From positions 9,742,340-9,806,046 of the forward strand of contig NC_069001.1 in the NCBI RefSeq assembly GCF_001194135.2: a stretch of 63,707 nt of DNA, written 5' to 3'. The first letter of the stretch is position 1. Each line of letters opens with the position of its first letter. The notes below the pieces were generated by a model, which was not told the DNA's origin, ran no database searches, and was given only the letters and a program-made list of their open reading frames with translations. The stretch comes from Octopus bimaculoides (Eukaryota). Shown here piece after piece: positions 13,364-25,426 of this stretch. Made by a program: the position numbers and the translations under genes.

Positions 13364-13860
13364 GCGTGCCGGTTGTGTGGTAAGAAGTTTGCTTCCTAAC
13401 CACATTGTTTTGGGTTCAGTTCCACAGCGCCTCAAATTGTGAAGTGTCTCCTACTGTAACCCCGAACTAACCAAAGACTTATAAACGGATTTAGTAGGTG
13501 GAACCTGAAAGAAACCATTTACATACATACATGCACACACATATATATATATATATACATAGATACATGCATGCATATATACATACAAGTATGTGTGTGT
13601 GTGTGTGTGTGTATGGCTATAGGGTAAGAAACTTGCTTCCCAACCATATGGTTCCTGATTCGGTCCCATGCGCCCTCACAATTATATGTGAGTGTGTATT
13701 TGGGGATGCTGTTTGATTTTGTCTTTGTGCTTATTCTCCACTACCGCTTGACAACCGGGACTGCTCTGTTAAGTTCCCTGCAGATAGCGATTCGGCAAAT
13801 GGCCCGGATACAATAAGTATCAGGCATAAACATTTCCGTAAAGGGCCTTCAAGGCGGTGC
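13364..13860 (+). mobile_element. Degenerate SINE-A cluster (two heads and a tail)
   Basis: TGTGTGGTAAGAAGTTTGCTTCCTAACCAC (13374), GGTAAGAAACTTGCTTCCCAACCATATGG (13623), CCGCTTGACAACCG tail motif (13744). Confidence 0.7.
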
Positions 13861-13868
13861 TAAAACCC

Positions 13869-14040
13869 TTCAAGGAAGAGTGTGCTAACATCCCACAGGA
13901 GACATGCAGGAAGCTTGTGGACAGGTAGGTACAAGAACCATGTAGAAGCAGTTATAAAAAACAAAAACAATGCCATTGAGTATTAAAGAAAGATATTGGA
14001 CTCAGTAAGCCTAGGGTATGAATAATTTTGAACATGGCAT
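13869..14040 (+). pseudogene. Tc1-like transposase C-terminus plus start of the right inverted repeat
   Basis: FKEECANIPQETCRKLVD(R)/YKNHVEAVIKNKNNAIEY* with a 4-nt duplication, followed by GGGTATGAATAATTTTG. Confidence 0.75.
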
Positions 14041-14130
14041 TTTTCCAAAATCCATGAACAAAATACTTCTGAAGTTAAGAATTTCTTGAATTGTGTATTG
14101 CTCTTATTTTTTTCAGTTGTTGGTCACATA

Positions 14131-14595
14131 CCGTAAATTCTCGAGTATAATCCGCATTTTCCCCCCAAAATTTAAAGGTCAAAATCCCTAGTGCGTACTA
14201 TATACGAGATTAAAAATGAAAAATATTTTCTATGCAATGTCCAAGTCTCTATTTGCTGTCCGGTAATGTTTAGTCAGACGCATTTTGTGATGTCGGGCGC
14301 GAAATTACCTTAAGCTATATTTATTTTTCACTGACGTTATTACTGTTATTTCTTTATTTCCTTCAAACAAAGTACACAAAAAAGCTACACGCTTGCATTA
14401 TGCTCTATATACAATAATAATAAAGGACGTTACCGTATATAGGTTTACAAACCAAGGACGTTATATAGACATCCTTGACTCAAGTTAGAGAAGGGGTGCG
14501 TATTATACACAAGGTTTAGGTTTTTCAGAGGTACAGCTCCCTAAAAATCCCCTGCGTATTATACTCAAGGGCGGACTATACTCGAGGATTTACGA
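14131..14595. mobile_element. pogo/Tigger-type MITE, 465 bp
   Basis: 25-bp TIRs CCGTAAATTCTCGAGTATAATCCGC and GCGGACTATACTCGAGGATTTACGA; TA on both sides; subterminal GCGTA(T/C)TATA repeats. Confidence 0.88.
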
Positions 14596-15262
14596 TATAA
14601 TTATTCTATTAGAACTTATTCAGTTTTACTAATGCATTTATTACATCATAAAGAGTCTTTAACCTTCTCGTTGAGGATCAGCTAGTATCTGTTTCTTTCA
14701 AACGAAATTTAACACAGCCCTCTTCCTTCCTTCCTTCATTTTTTTTGTTGTAATTTCTTTTAAAGAAATGATCGCCGCAGCAATTTCATGTGAAGTTTAA
14801 CTCCCGTATAAACACGTTCATTATTAATATGTCGGCCATGACAAGTTAGGCTTATCTCGATCAGCCGCAACAACTTTCACACTCTCCCTTTTCTATGTAC
14901 CCCACATACATCCAATAGTATTAACAGCAACATCATCAGCACTATTAACAATAACAGCATTTACGGTGGTTCTTGTTAGCGGAGGCGAGATGACGACGGT
15001 AGTAGATTCAGTATGGTAGTGGTGAATTTTGTGATGATGGGGATAGTAGCTGAGGCAGTTGGTAGTAAAGTTAGTTGCTATAGAAATGACAGATAGCTAT
15101 AGTGGGGAAATTATTGATATTTTTAATGATAGGCTTGAACGAAAGAAAAATACAAAAAGAAAAAGGCGGCTCGTATTTTTTGTTAGTTTCCTAAAAGAGT
15201 CTTACATACAAATTCTTGTCATAGATGCACATGTTTTCATCATTATACATACATACATACAT

Positions 15263-15480
15263 GAGGTGGCGAGCTGGCAGAATCGTTAGCACGCTGGACG
15301 GAATGCTTATCGGCATTTCGCTCGTCCTTGCGTTCTGAGTTCAAATTCCGCCGAGGTCGACTTTGCCGTTTATCGTTTCGGGGTCGATAAATTAACTACC
15401 ATTGAAACACTGGGATCGATGTAATCGACTAGATCCATCCCCCAAATTTCAAGGCCTTGTGCCTTCAGTAGGAAGGATTA
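15263..15480 (+). mobile_element. SINE-B, full length
   Basis: GGTGGCGAGCTGGCAGAATCGTTAGC head, GAGTTCAAATTCC B-box, AAATTTCAAGGCCTTGTGCC..AGTAGGAAGGATTA tail. Confidence 0.92.
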
Positions 15481-15662
15481 TACATACATACTTCCATCCA
15501 TCCATCCATACATACATATGTGTATGTGTGCGTATGTGAATGTTTCTATCTAACTATGTCTGTCTCTCTGTCTATGTACCTGAAGTGAAAACCACGTGGT
15601 AGCAAAGCAATCTTCTTAACTGTACAGCCTACCGCAACTATTAAATAAATAAATGCAAAAAG

Positions 15663-15734
<72 letters not shown>

Positions 15735-16062
15735 CATGTGTGTGTGTGTGTGTGTGTAATGTTAAAACAATTTTGAACAAGGAAATACTGTTACATTCCT
15801 CGAGGAAAGATTTATTATGAAAAATGGTCAATCCATTACCTAACAGTCACCAAAGTATCCATGGAATCCTATAACATGCGCGTGTGTGTGTGTATCTCTG
15901 TCTGTGTGCATATATGTACGTGTCCACGTGTGAAGAAGATCTTGTGTTCGAAACTCAGAGTAGCAAGCGACTGACTAGACCAAGATAAAAATATTAATCT
16001 CTACTATGATATCAAGTACTCTCTCTTCTGCCGACAGTCGATACTAAACCTCTCTCTCTCTA

Positions 16063-16109
<47 letters not shown>

Positions 16110-16638
16110 CAAATTGATAGATAGATAAATATAGATATATGTATAGATATACAAATATACAAACACGCACACAAACAAATACACACACACACACACCTGA
16201 TGCGCTAAACATAGTGATGTTATAATGTCTGTACAAGAAGCACTTTTGGAAACCGTTGAAAACCAATACAGATTTCCAAGTTCCATTAACGGAATTAGAT
16301 GCTAATTCCTGCAGTCATAAACTATTCATACATTCCATTATATTTACGTATAGTATAGTTAAATATTAATAACTCAAGAAGTATACAGAAAACATATACA
16401 CCAGCTTTGCGCTTGTCGTCGAATGCACCTAAAACAATTGCCAACTTTTCTGCGGCTCACGTTGGAGAGAGAAGTGTATTTGACCTCTTATACATACATG
16501 CATGCATCCATACATACATATATATACACACATACATACATACATACATAAATACCTATATATATATATATATATACACACATACCTACCTACATACATA
16601 AATACCTATATATATATATATATACACACATACCTACC

Positions 16639-16669
<31 letters not shown>

Positions 16670-16761
16670 GTNNNNNNNNNNNNNNNNNNNNNNNNNNNNN
16701 NNNNNNNNNNNNNNNNNNNNNNNNNNNNNNNNNNNNNNNNNNNNNNNNNNNNNNNNNNNNN

Positions 16762-16806
<45 letters not shown>

Positions 16807-17664
16807 TCATATGTATATGTGCATGGATATATATGTGTAGTGGGGGCTGTGTTTTGGGGCTGTGCCCACACACCACACAAACACATGGATGTGCTTGTCT
16901 TGAATATTTAAGCAAATTTACGCAAATTGTGCGTGGGTTTATTCCAAGAGATGCAAGGAGGAAAAAACAGCGAACTCAATACATTTCGAGTTTTTCTGAA
17001 GTCGACGATTTATCTCCGTAACTATTTGGATTTTTACGTGTATGCCATTATTCAGAATCTCTGAAACGTTGAAAATTGTTTCATAGACAATGCATATTAA
17101 TCATTCATCCTTGATCTCCCTTAGAAAGCAATGAAGACAACAACCGCACCACTAATAAGCAACGTGAGTCAGGAACCATTAATGATCCTATTCACTATTC
17201 TGGATTCATCATTAACTTTCAGTGAGCCCTGACGTTCCCAAATGTAAGACACATCAAAGCATTATGGAATATATCCTCGAATTAAGAACAATATATAAAC
17301 TCTAGAAGTAAAATACCCTTTACTGAATGTTACGCATTTCTAAATGTGAACGAATACCTGCTGTTGTTTCATTGTTGCACCCGAAGTGGAGCGAAACAAA
17401 CCCAATTCTTTTTCCCTGAGTATTATGTGATATCTCCAATGATAGGGTATTAATATTAAATACATTAATACCCTAGAAGTGAACGAATACCTGCTGCTAT
17501 TTCATTAATTTCTGTTGTTGCTCTGTCAAAGAATATTCGAAGTGGAGCGAGACATATCCACTTCTTTTCCTTGAGGATCATTAAATATATCGTTCTATAT
17601 TTAAGATGAGGAATCATTTACATTATTTACATTTGACGGATATTTGTCCTCACCTTGTTTGTTG

Positions 17665-17709
17665 TTAACACGTTTCGGCTGATATACCCTCCAGCCTTCA
17701 TCAAGTGTC
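17665..17709 (-). ncRNA. Minimal hammerhead ribozyme motif, degenerate (C3U, 3-nt deletion after GAAACG)
   Basis: Reverse complement reads GACAC-UUGAUGA-A-GGCUG-gaggguauau-CAGCC-GAAA-CGUGUUAA. Confidence 0.55.
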
Positions 17710-17790
17710 TTGTGGAAATTTCGAACCTGGGTTCTCATTTCGAACTTATTTTTCGATGTTATTATTGTTATTATTATTATTATTATTATT

Positions 17791-18298
17791 GAGTGAGAGA
17801 GCAGTGCATGCCATCAAAATGACACTGGGGTAAAATATACGAAACCCAGTATACCCATCATGACTACCTGTCTGATAAGGGGGCACCAGGCACATGCATC
17901 ACAACCATATGTGTGCGACATGGTGGTCTCATATCAAGATAAACAACACATGACCTTGCAGGTGGGGCCCACTTAGAATTTTCTTCAGGTTGAGTAGCCC
18001 ATCCCGCTCAAAAGGTCCCTGAATAAGGTTTGTTTAAGGATGTTGAGCAAAACACCCATGTTTCCAAATGTGAATTATTCAAACACCAAAGAATTCCTCT
18101 CAACACATGGCTATGATGCTTCCCCACTACTTCTGCTCGTGATCAGAGATGCACATATCGTCAGCCACTAAGGGTTAAGATCAAACAACTGACAAGCAAA
18201 TCTGTGGTATTGAGCAGAATATTTGCTGTAGCCCATCTTTTATACCAAGACAAAACAATATACATGATAACACCTCCAATCAGTTAACATCAAAAGCC
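17791..18298 (-). mobile_element. Unclassified, probably non-autonomous retroelement fragment nested in element D
   Basis: Non-D sequence lying precisely between the (ATT)n run and the B-box segment of D; the minus strand ends in (AAT)n; no recognisable ORF. Confidence 0.6.
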
Positions 18299-18417
18299 CA
18301 CTGCCTGGAATCGAACTCGGAATCTGGAATTCCGATTATGGAGTGAATTTTAGAGCAATTATGGAGTGAATTTTAGGGCTTATAAATATTATATTTTTTC
18401 TATCCTTCCTTAATAGC

Positions 18418-18480
18418 ATAATAATTATAATATCGAAAAATACCTTAGGAATGAGAACCCAGGTTCGAAATTTCCCCAAG
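18418..18480 (+). mobile_element. Inverted fragment of element D body
   Basis: ATCGAAAAATACCTTAGGAATGAGAACCCAGGTTCGAAATTTCCCCAAG matches 27527-27575; stops just before the hammerhead. Confidence 0.88.
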
Positions 18481-18570
18481 TGTCTTGCTCAAGGTCTCAA
18501 TGCGTCGCCGGGAATCGAACTCGCTATCCTACGATCACGAACCAAATACCTTAACTGCTAAGCCACGCGG
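18481..18570 (-). mobile_element. SINE-C-related head with CORE-like segment
   Basis: Reverse complement: CGCGTGGCTTAGCAGTTAAGG...GAGTTCGATTCCCGG...CCTTGAGCAAGACA. Confidence 0.7.
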
Positions 18571-19326
18571 CATATATATTTTGTCAGAAAGAAATGTACT
18601 GAGCAATCTTTTTATAAATGTCTAGTACATTTGTACTTTTGAGTAATCCTTCAGTTTAATCCCAAATTTTCTTTATTCTAACTCGACATAAAAATAAACA
18701 TAAATGCAAATATGCATAGACACTCACACACACACACAAAAACTCATATAAACATAGAGAGAGAGAGAAAGAGAGATTGATGAAGAGATTGATAAATATA
18801 TAGATAAAGATAGACAGATGAATGGGGTGAGAAAGATCGACTTTGTGTACTGATCAGTGAATTAGATCTGACATTTAATGCAGTGAGCCTAACTAGAAAT
18901 GTCCCTGCCATAAAATATACAGATAAGCAGACAGACAGACAAGCAAACAGACAGAAAGGCAGCTAGGTAGACGCATAAATATTTACATAGATATATATAG
19001 TATTGATGATATATATAGTGCAGAGAAGAATTGTGTGGAGGCGAAAAGATAATTATAGTCACTGATTTAAAGTCATTTATATTATTTTCTTAAATACAGC
19101 AGACTTCTCGTGACATCTTCTACCCTTATTGTGACCTCACCAGCGAAGCATATGTTTCGCAATATTTACTGAAGTAATTAATGCTGAAAGAATCGCTAAG
19201 TAAATGAATAAATATATCCATTGGTTGAAGGTAGAAGTTAAAATTGCACATATTTTGTAAATATTTTACTTATTAGCACCTGTTACAAATAGCAACTGAT
19301 TTACCGAATGTATATTCTTTTGTAAT

Positions 19327-19486
19327 CTTTGCACAAAGCCTAAATTTTTTTTAGGAGGGGCCAATCGATTAGATCGACCACAGTACGCAACTGATACTCG
19401 TCGGAATTTGAACTCAGAACGTAAAGGCAGACGAAATACTGCTAAGCATTTCGCCCGGCATGCTAAGTTTTCTGCCAGCTCGCTGC
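19327..19486 (-). mobile_element. SINE-B, internally deleted
   Basis: GAATTTGAACTCAGAACG and CTGCCAGCTCGC motifs. Confidence 0.85.
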
Positions 19487-19717
19487 ATTTCTTTTTACTG
19501 AAGACATATTAAATAAATGGTTTGACTGTGTGTTTGTGTATATAATGTGAGAAGCATGAGACCGGGAGCAGACAAGAGGCAATAAATAAATAAATAGAAT
19601 TAAAAAAAAAACGGCACTAATCAGAAGAGAAAATTGTTCAAGAAATCAGCAATCGAACCCTCTACATGGTAGTTTGATCTGCTAGAAATATCAGTCAAAT
19701 TTTAACTGAACTCATAT

Positions 19718-19907
19718 ATTGGTTTCAAATTTTGGCACAAGCCTAACTAGATCAATCCAAGAATTCAAATGATACTTATTATATCGATCCCGACACAACG
19801 AAAAGCAAAGTCGATCTCGGTGGAATTTCAACTCAGAAGAGGAAAACGGACGAAATGCCGCAAAATATTTATTCCGGCACCTTAACGATTCTGCCAGCTC
19901 GCCGCCT
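19718..19907 (-). mobile_element. SINE-B
   Basis: GCAAAGTCGATCTCGGTGGAATTTCAACTCAG core; AACGATTCTGCCAGCTCGCCGCC head. Confidence 0.85.
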
Positions 19908-20089
19908 TTTCGTATTTTATTTATTACCACCTTAAACTAATATCTCTAACACAAATTCATTTACCATAGTAACTGATAAACGATAAGAGGTGATGGTTAA
20001 AGATGGCACAATTCTTATCAGAACATAAACAAAAACAGCAACGAGTTGTCTAAATGAAAAATAAAAAATAAATGAGATAGGCGCAGCAA

Positions 20090-20210
20090 GATCAGTCAAT
20101 TATGATTTCCCTCTCAGATTCACACGTTTATTGCAGTGGCTCCTCAGATGTTCTAAGCCCTGTTAGAGTGCTCGGTACGCTTAATGTTAGAAACTTTAAA
20201 GTACCCCTGG
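20090..20210. mobile_element. Right half of the mariner-derived MITE family at 34044
   Basis: AGATCAGTCAATTATGATTT..CTCAGATTCACAC.TTTATT.CAG..GC..CT...TCTAAGCC is shared with 34098-34185; ends in a TIR-like AAACTTTAAAGTACCCCTGG-TA. Confidence 0.7.
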
Positions 20211-20462
20211 TATATATATATATATANNNNNNNNNNNNNNNNNNNNNNNNNNNNNNNNNNNNNNNNNNNNNNNNNNNNNNNNNNNNNNNNNNNNNNNNNN
20301 NNNNNNNNNNNNNNNNNNNNNNNNNNNNNNNNNNNNNNNNNNNNNNNNNNNNNNNNNNNNNNNNNNNNNNNNNNNNNNNNNNNNNNNNNNNNNNNNNNNN
20401 NNNNNNNNNNNNNNNNNNNNNNNNNNNNNNNNNNNNNNNNNNNNNNNNNNNNNNNNNNNNNN

Positions 20463-20495
<33 letters not shown>

Positions 20496-20650
20496 TACGA
20501 CGGGCTTCTTTCAGTTCCCGTCTACCAAATCCACTCACAAGGATTTGGTCGACCCGAAGCTGTAGTACAAAACACTTGCTCAAGGTGCCACGCAGTAGGA
20601 GTGAACCCAGAACCATGTGGTTGGTAAGCAAGCTACTTAGCACACATACA
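20496..20650 (-). mobile_element. SINE-A head/CORE part
   Basis: CGACGGGCTTCTTTCAGTT...CACTTGCTCAAGGTGCCACGCAG...CCATGTGGTTGGTAAGCAAGCTACTTA. Confidence 0.9.
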
Positions 20651-21059
20651 TCTTTGTCTACCTGTGCTCTCATAATACCTCCTATGCAATTTCTTGCGCG
20701 CTGCAATATATTATTCTCAACATGCCGAATTAACTGTATGGCATTGTTACATATGCGGTTCTCTGTGTAGCGAAGAATAAATACACTAATTATGAGAAAC
20801 ACTTCACGGGTGGAGATTTTATAATTTTATTAACGCATTGCAACGTATGTTTCGGCATATTTATTTTTATAGGACCACCTCACCATATTCATAGGATATC
20901 GTGAGTGTGTGTGCGTGTGTATGTGTGTGTGTGCGTGTGTATGTGTGCGCGCATGTCTTTTGGTGTTCGTCACTGCACAACCTCTTAACAATTGGTGCTG
21001 TTTTATTTACGTCCCCTTAGCATCAGAGGTTCACCAAAGAGAACAATAGAATAATTATA

Positions 21060-21224
21060 GGCGTAGAAGTGGCTGTGTGGTAAGTAGCTTGCTTACCAAC
21101 CACATGGTTCTGGGTTCGGTCCCACTGCGTGGCATCTTGGGCAAGTGTCTTCTACTATAACCTCGGGCCGACCAAAGCCTTGTGTGTGGATTTGGTAGAC
21201 GGAAACTGAAAGAAGCCCGTCGTG

Positions 21225-21289
<65 letters not shown>

Positions 21290-21497
21290 GTGTGTTTGTG
21301 TGTCAGTGTTTGTCCCCCCAACATCGCTTGACAATCGATGCTCGTGTGTTTATGTCCCCGTAACTTAGCAGTTCGGCAAAATTGACCGATAGAATAAGTA
21401 CTAGGCTTACAAAGAATAAGTCCTGGGGTCGATTTTCTCGACTAAAGGCGGTGCTCCAGCATGGCCACAGTCAAAAGACTGAAACAAGTAAAAGAGT
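21060..21497 (+). mobile_element. SINE-A, full length
   Basis: Collinear with 3521-3922 over head, microsatellite and tail. Confidence 0.92.
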
Positions 21498-22067
21498 ACA
21501 GGTATTGATGTTGACTTCTTCGCGTAATCCATTCAAGACGGAGCCTCGGCATAGCCGCAGATCAATGGCCAAAAACGCATAAATGACAAAAGCTAAAAAG
21601 AATATATTTCAAACATATCACCCCTCCAAAATACGAAGCGATTCCACAACGTTTATGCTAGAGTGCTACGAATAGAACAAGAGACGCGAGGAGACACTCA
21701 CACGATCACGAAACAGAAAGGAAGGCTCAACGGAGCAAAGCGACAAGGCGTTGTAGAGAATGTGTAAAAGATGCGTTGCAAGAAATAAATAAATGCAAGA
21801 TAGAAATAAAACAAAACTAATGTATCATAAGAAGAGATGAGAGATTATAATCCGGAGAGAGGCTTATTTATTAAGAAATAGATGAATGCTAATGGACAGT
21901 AATGGCTGAAGAAAAAGTCAATACACAAAGGCATGCATGTCTGCATACATACACAGGCTCACACACACACGCATATGCATATATATATAGCCATAGGCGC
22001 ACATATAGATATGTATACATGCATGCCCATATATAAATCTATTCATATATATATATAGATATATAAA

Positions 22068-22111
<44 letters not shown>

Positions 22112-22556
22112 NNNNNNNNNNNNNNNNNNNNNNNNNNNNNNNNNNNNNNNNNNNNNNNNNNNNNNNNNNNNNNNNNNNNNNNNNNNNNNNNNNNNNNNNN
22201 NNNNNNNNNNNNNNNNNNNNNNNNNNNNNNNNNNNNNNNNNNNNNNNNNNNNNNNNNNNNNNNNNNNNNNNNNNNNNNNNNNNNNNNNNNNNNNNNNNNN
22301 NNNNNNNNNNNNNNNNNNNNNNNNNNNNNNNNNNNNNNNNNNNNNNNNNNNNNNNNNNNNNNNNNNNNNNNNNNNNNNNNNNNNNNNNNNNNNNNNNNNN
22401 NNNNNNNNNNNNNNNNNNNNNNNNNNNNNNNNNNNNNNNNNNNNNNNNNNNNNNNNNNNNNNNNNNNNNNNNNNNNNNNNNNNNNNNNNNNNNNNNNNNN
22501 NNNNNNNNNNNNNNNNNNNNNNNNNNNNNNNNNNNNNNNNNNNNNNNNNNNNNNNN

Positions 22557-22598
<42 letters not shown>

Positions 22599-22600
22599 CT

Positions 22601-22631
<31 letters not shown>

Positions 22632-22711
22632 AATCTATACATACATATATATATATTTATATATAAACAAATCTATACATAGATGTATATACATACATAT
22701 ATATGTGTGTG

Positions 22712-22742
<31 letters not shown>

Positions 22743-23910
22743 GTATATAGATATATTCATGCAAGTGTATGTGTGTGTGTGTGTGTTGTACGGAAAATGA
22801 AGAGTAGTTATGAAATCATAATAATGGACAGTTTGGGATTGAAATACGGAAAGTGAAGAATAAATATTGCTGAATGCGGCATTGTTATCTAATATGATAG
22901 AGGTGAGTATCAGCAATACCAGGAAGCTACTGGTGTAGAAGAAAGCGGTGACGAGGAAAGAAATCTGGCCATTTAATAAATTCTATTAATAATTCGAACC
23001 CTTCTAATAATTTAATGTATTGCTTCATATATGGTGGCTTTTGTTTAAAAACCGCTCTTTTGTTTAAAACATTTAAAAATTGTTTCTGTGAAATTTTACC
23101 TATACGGTTAATTACATGAAATGCGAAATAGAATTGTACCTTTTGAAATAAATGTATCGGTGATCTAAATTGTCCACGTGTAATTCAGTTTATTTTTGAA
23201 ACCGATAATTGCGTTAAATTCACTCTTTACAGTTTTGTGTAAGTGTTTGACATTATCGACAAATGGCGATTATTTTTTAATCGCTTATAAAGTTCCAGCT
23301 TAAAAGTTTATCAAAATCTGTTTCAAGGGTCATCTAGTTTGACAATATTTTCTGGCGTCTTCAATACTAAAATGTCGAATACACCATGCCATGACTTGCA
23401 ATTTATGATAGAAACTCAGGAAAAACTTTGTCATATACCTTATGGAATTGTTTTTTCATTCCCCCCTTAAATAGAATGTTTTACGTTCATTATCTTGTAG
23501 CGATTGGAGTTTAGAAGCTAAACATTGACGTCCGTTAGGAAATAGGGTAAATAATGGAGACTTATGGGACATTGAGAAAAACTTATATATTTTAGAATTC
23601 TGTATATGCAATATCTGGAAAGAAAACCTCTTGTTGGGATTAACTGATTGAAATGACTGTAGAGAAATTTATACTAATACTTTATACTAAGACTTCGTAA
23701 TTAGAAATAAAGTTGTGACAGGCTGGAGTTAAGTATTCTGTTTTCCTCACTCGTTCTTATAAATTTTGCTCTGTCCAGAAATTTGTATTAGATACGTTGA
23801 GGTGGATAATCACGCGGTTATTGTTTAAGTTCCGTATATTATATTTACTTGCACAGAAAACACACGGCCGACTTTTTGTGGCGTTTTTCCACAAATTTAT
23901 TTTGTTGAAA

Positions 23911-24480
23911 ATGAATACTTCCTCTGCAGAGGATAAAAACAAAATAACTGAAATATTAAGTATGCCGACGGGAGGAAAACTTGTAGAACCGGCAAAAAAG
24001 ATTCATTTTGCAGCCAGAGTGGAAAAAAAGAAAAATTGTGTGTTGACCGAAGTGTGCTACTGCAGCTGCAAAACATGTTTTCAAAGGAGGAATACAACGT
24101 AAAAGCCACCCTCCCGAGTGAAATCATACAAGAAACTGCAAAAAAAAAAAAAAAAAAAAGTCGTATAGGAAAAGAAACTAGACAAAGCACCAAAAGAAGC
24201 TATAGAAAAATATCTACAGCCGATCTGGCAGGACATAGAATACCTGACCAGGGGCAAACGCTTTGCCACGGTAGTAGTGTATTTCAAAAGTGAAGAGGAA
24301 GCAAAAACACACTCAGCACAACCTTTGAGAACAACAAACATTGTGTTGCTGCCAACATACTTAGGCAGGGGCACATCAAATGTCACAATAGAAGAGATCC
24401 CGTCCGAGATCAACGTCTCATGGCTACTCCCAGCCCTACTAATGAGAATAGAAGAAGTGATAGCTCTAAGCGGCTTAGCA
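23911..24480 (+). pseudogene. Probable non-LTR retrotransposon ORF1 (gag-like/RRM) remnant, Tx1/L1-like
   Basis: Frameshifted pieces KAPKEAIEKYLQPIWQDIEYLTRG/KRFATVVVYFKSEEEAKTHSAQPLRTTNIVLLPTYLGRGTSNVTIEEIPSEINVSWLL. The F.SEE.A and LLP.Y.GR...V.I..IP pattern recalls Tx1-type ORF1 RRM regions (recognition from memory, no alignment run). Confidence 0.5.
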
Positions 24481-24544
24481 GTTCCAAGACGCAAGAATTA
24501 CCTCTTCTATCAGAACACGAGCCAACATAAAGTTGGCCAAAGTG

Positions 24545-24667
24545 ATTGCATAGCAACGTGAGATGAAGTGTTTCGCTCAAGAACACAACTCATCACCCAC
24601 TCTAAGAATTGAAACCACGATCTTACGATCGTGAGTGCAACACGCTAACCAGTAAGGCATGCGCCCT
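24545..24667 (-). mobile_element. SINE-C-related head, degenerate
   Basis: AATTGAAACCACGATCTTACGATCGTGAGTGCAACACGCTAACC...GCGCCCTC is the reverse-complement tRNA-like head. Confidence 0.65.
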
Positions 24668-24683
24668 CACACACACACACATA

Positions 24684-24842
24684 TGACGGGCTTCTTTCAG
24701 TTTCCGTCTACCAAATTCACTCACAAAGCTTTTGTCGGCCCGAGGCTATAGTAGAAGGCACTTGCCCAAGGTGTCACACAGTGGGACTGAACCCGGAACC
24801 ATGTGGTTGGGGAGAAAGCTTCTTACCACACAGCTACGCCTG
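24684..24842 (-). mobile_element. SINE-A head/CORE part
   Basis: High identity to the 21060 copy (reverse complement). Confidence 0.9.
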
Positions 24843-25388
24843 TTATAAATAATTCTCGAGACTCATCGACTAATAGGTACATCACGTGTTTACGATAGTA
24901 ACATATGATTAAAGATGTACATCAATAACTATAAACTAAAAGACAGAATCTGTGTTGTTCGAACACAGATACCTGCCTTTCAAATGAATATCATTTATTA
25001 TTATTAATTTATTTATTTGCAAGCGCGAGACATTAAGACTTGTTATGACAAGTTTCAGTCTAAAATAAACAAATCATTTCTTTGATATTGGCCTTAAGCT
25101 TGATGATGACATTTCAAAGTGGAGGAGAAGTGCAGAATATCTCAGTGAGATATAAAAGCGAAGAGAAGCTGGAAAATATCAGCGAATACTGGAAACGGAT
25201 CGAATGTTTGGTTGAGAAATAAGAAATAATGATGAAAACACGTTGAAGTGTTTCGAATGCCAAAACACTCAAATTAACCGGGATAAATATCATGACTTTT
25301 ACTAAACGAATGGTGCTTCAGATGGGCTTGAACCTTGATAGACATAGTTGGAAACAACAAGTAAAGGGAGAAAGAAATACAGAATGAC

Positions 25389-25426
<38 letters not shown>

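Larger units (their letters stand above)
17615..18415 (-). mobile_element. Element D (tRNA-like segment + hammerhead-type 3' module), interrupted by a 508-bp insertion
   Basis: 17615-17790 matches 27510-27670 in reverse complement; 18299-18415 matches 27381-27506 in reverse complement, with the A-box region deleted. Confidence 0.88.
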
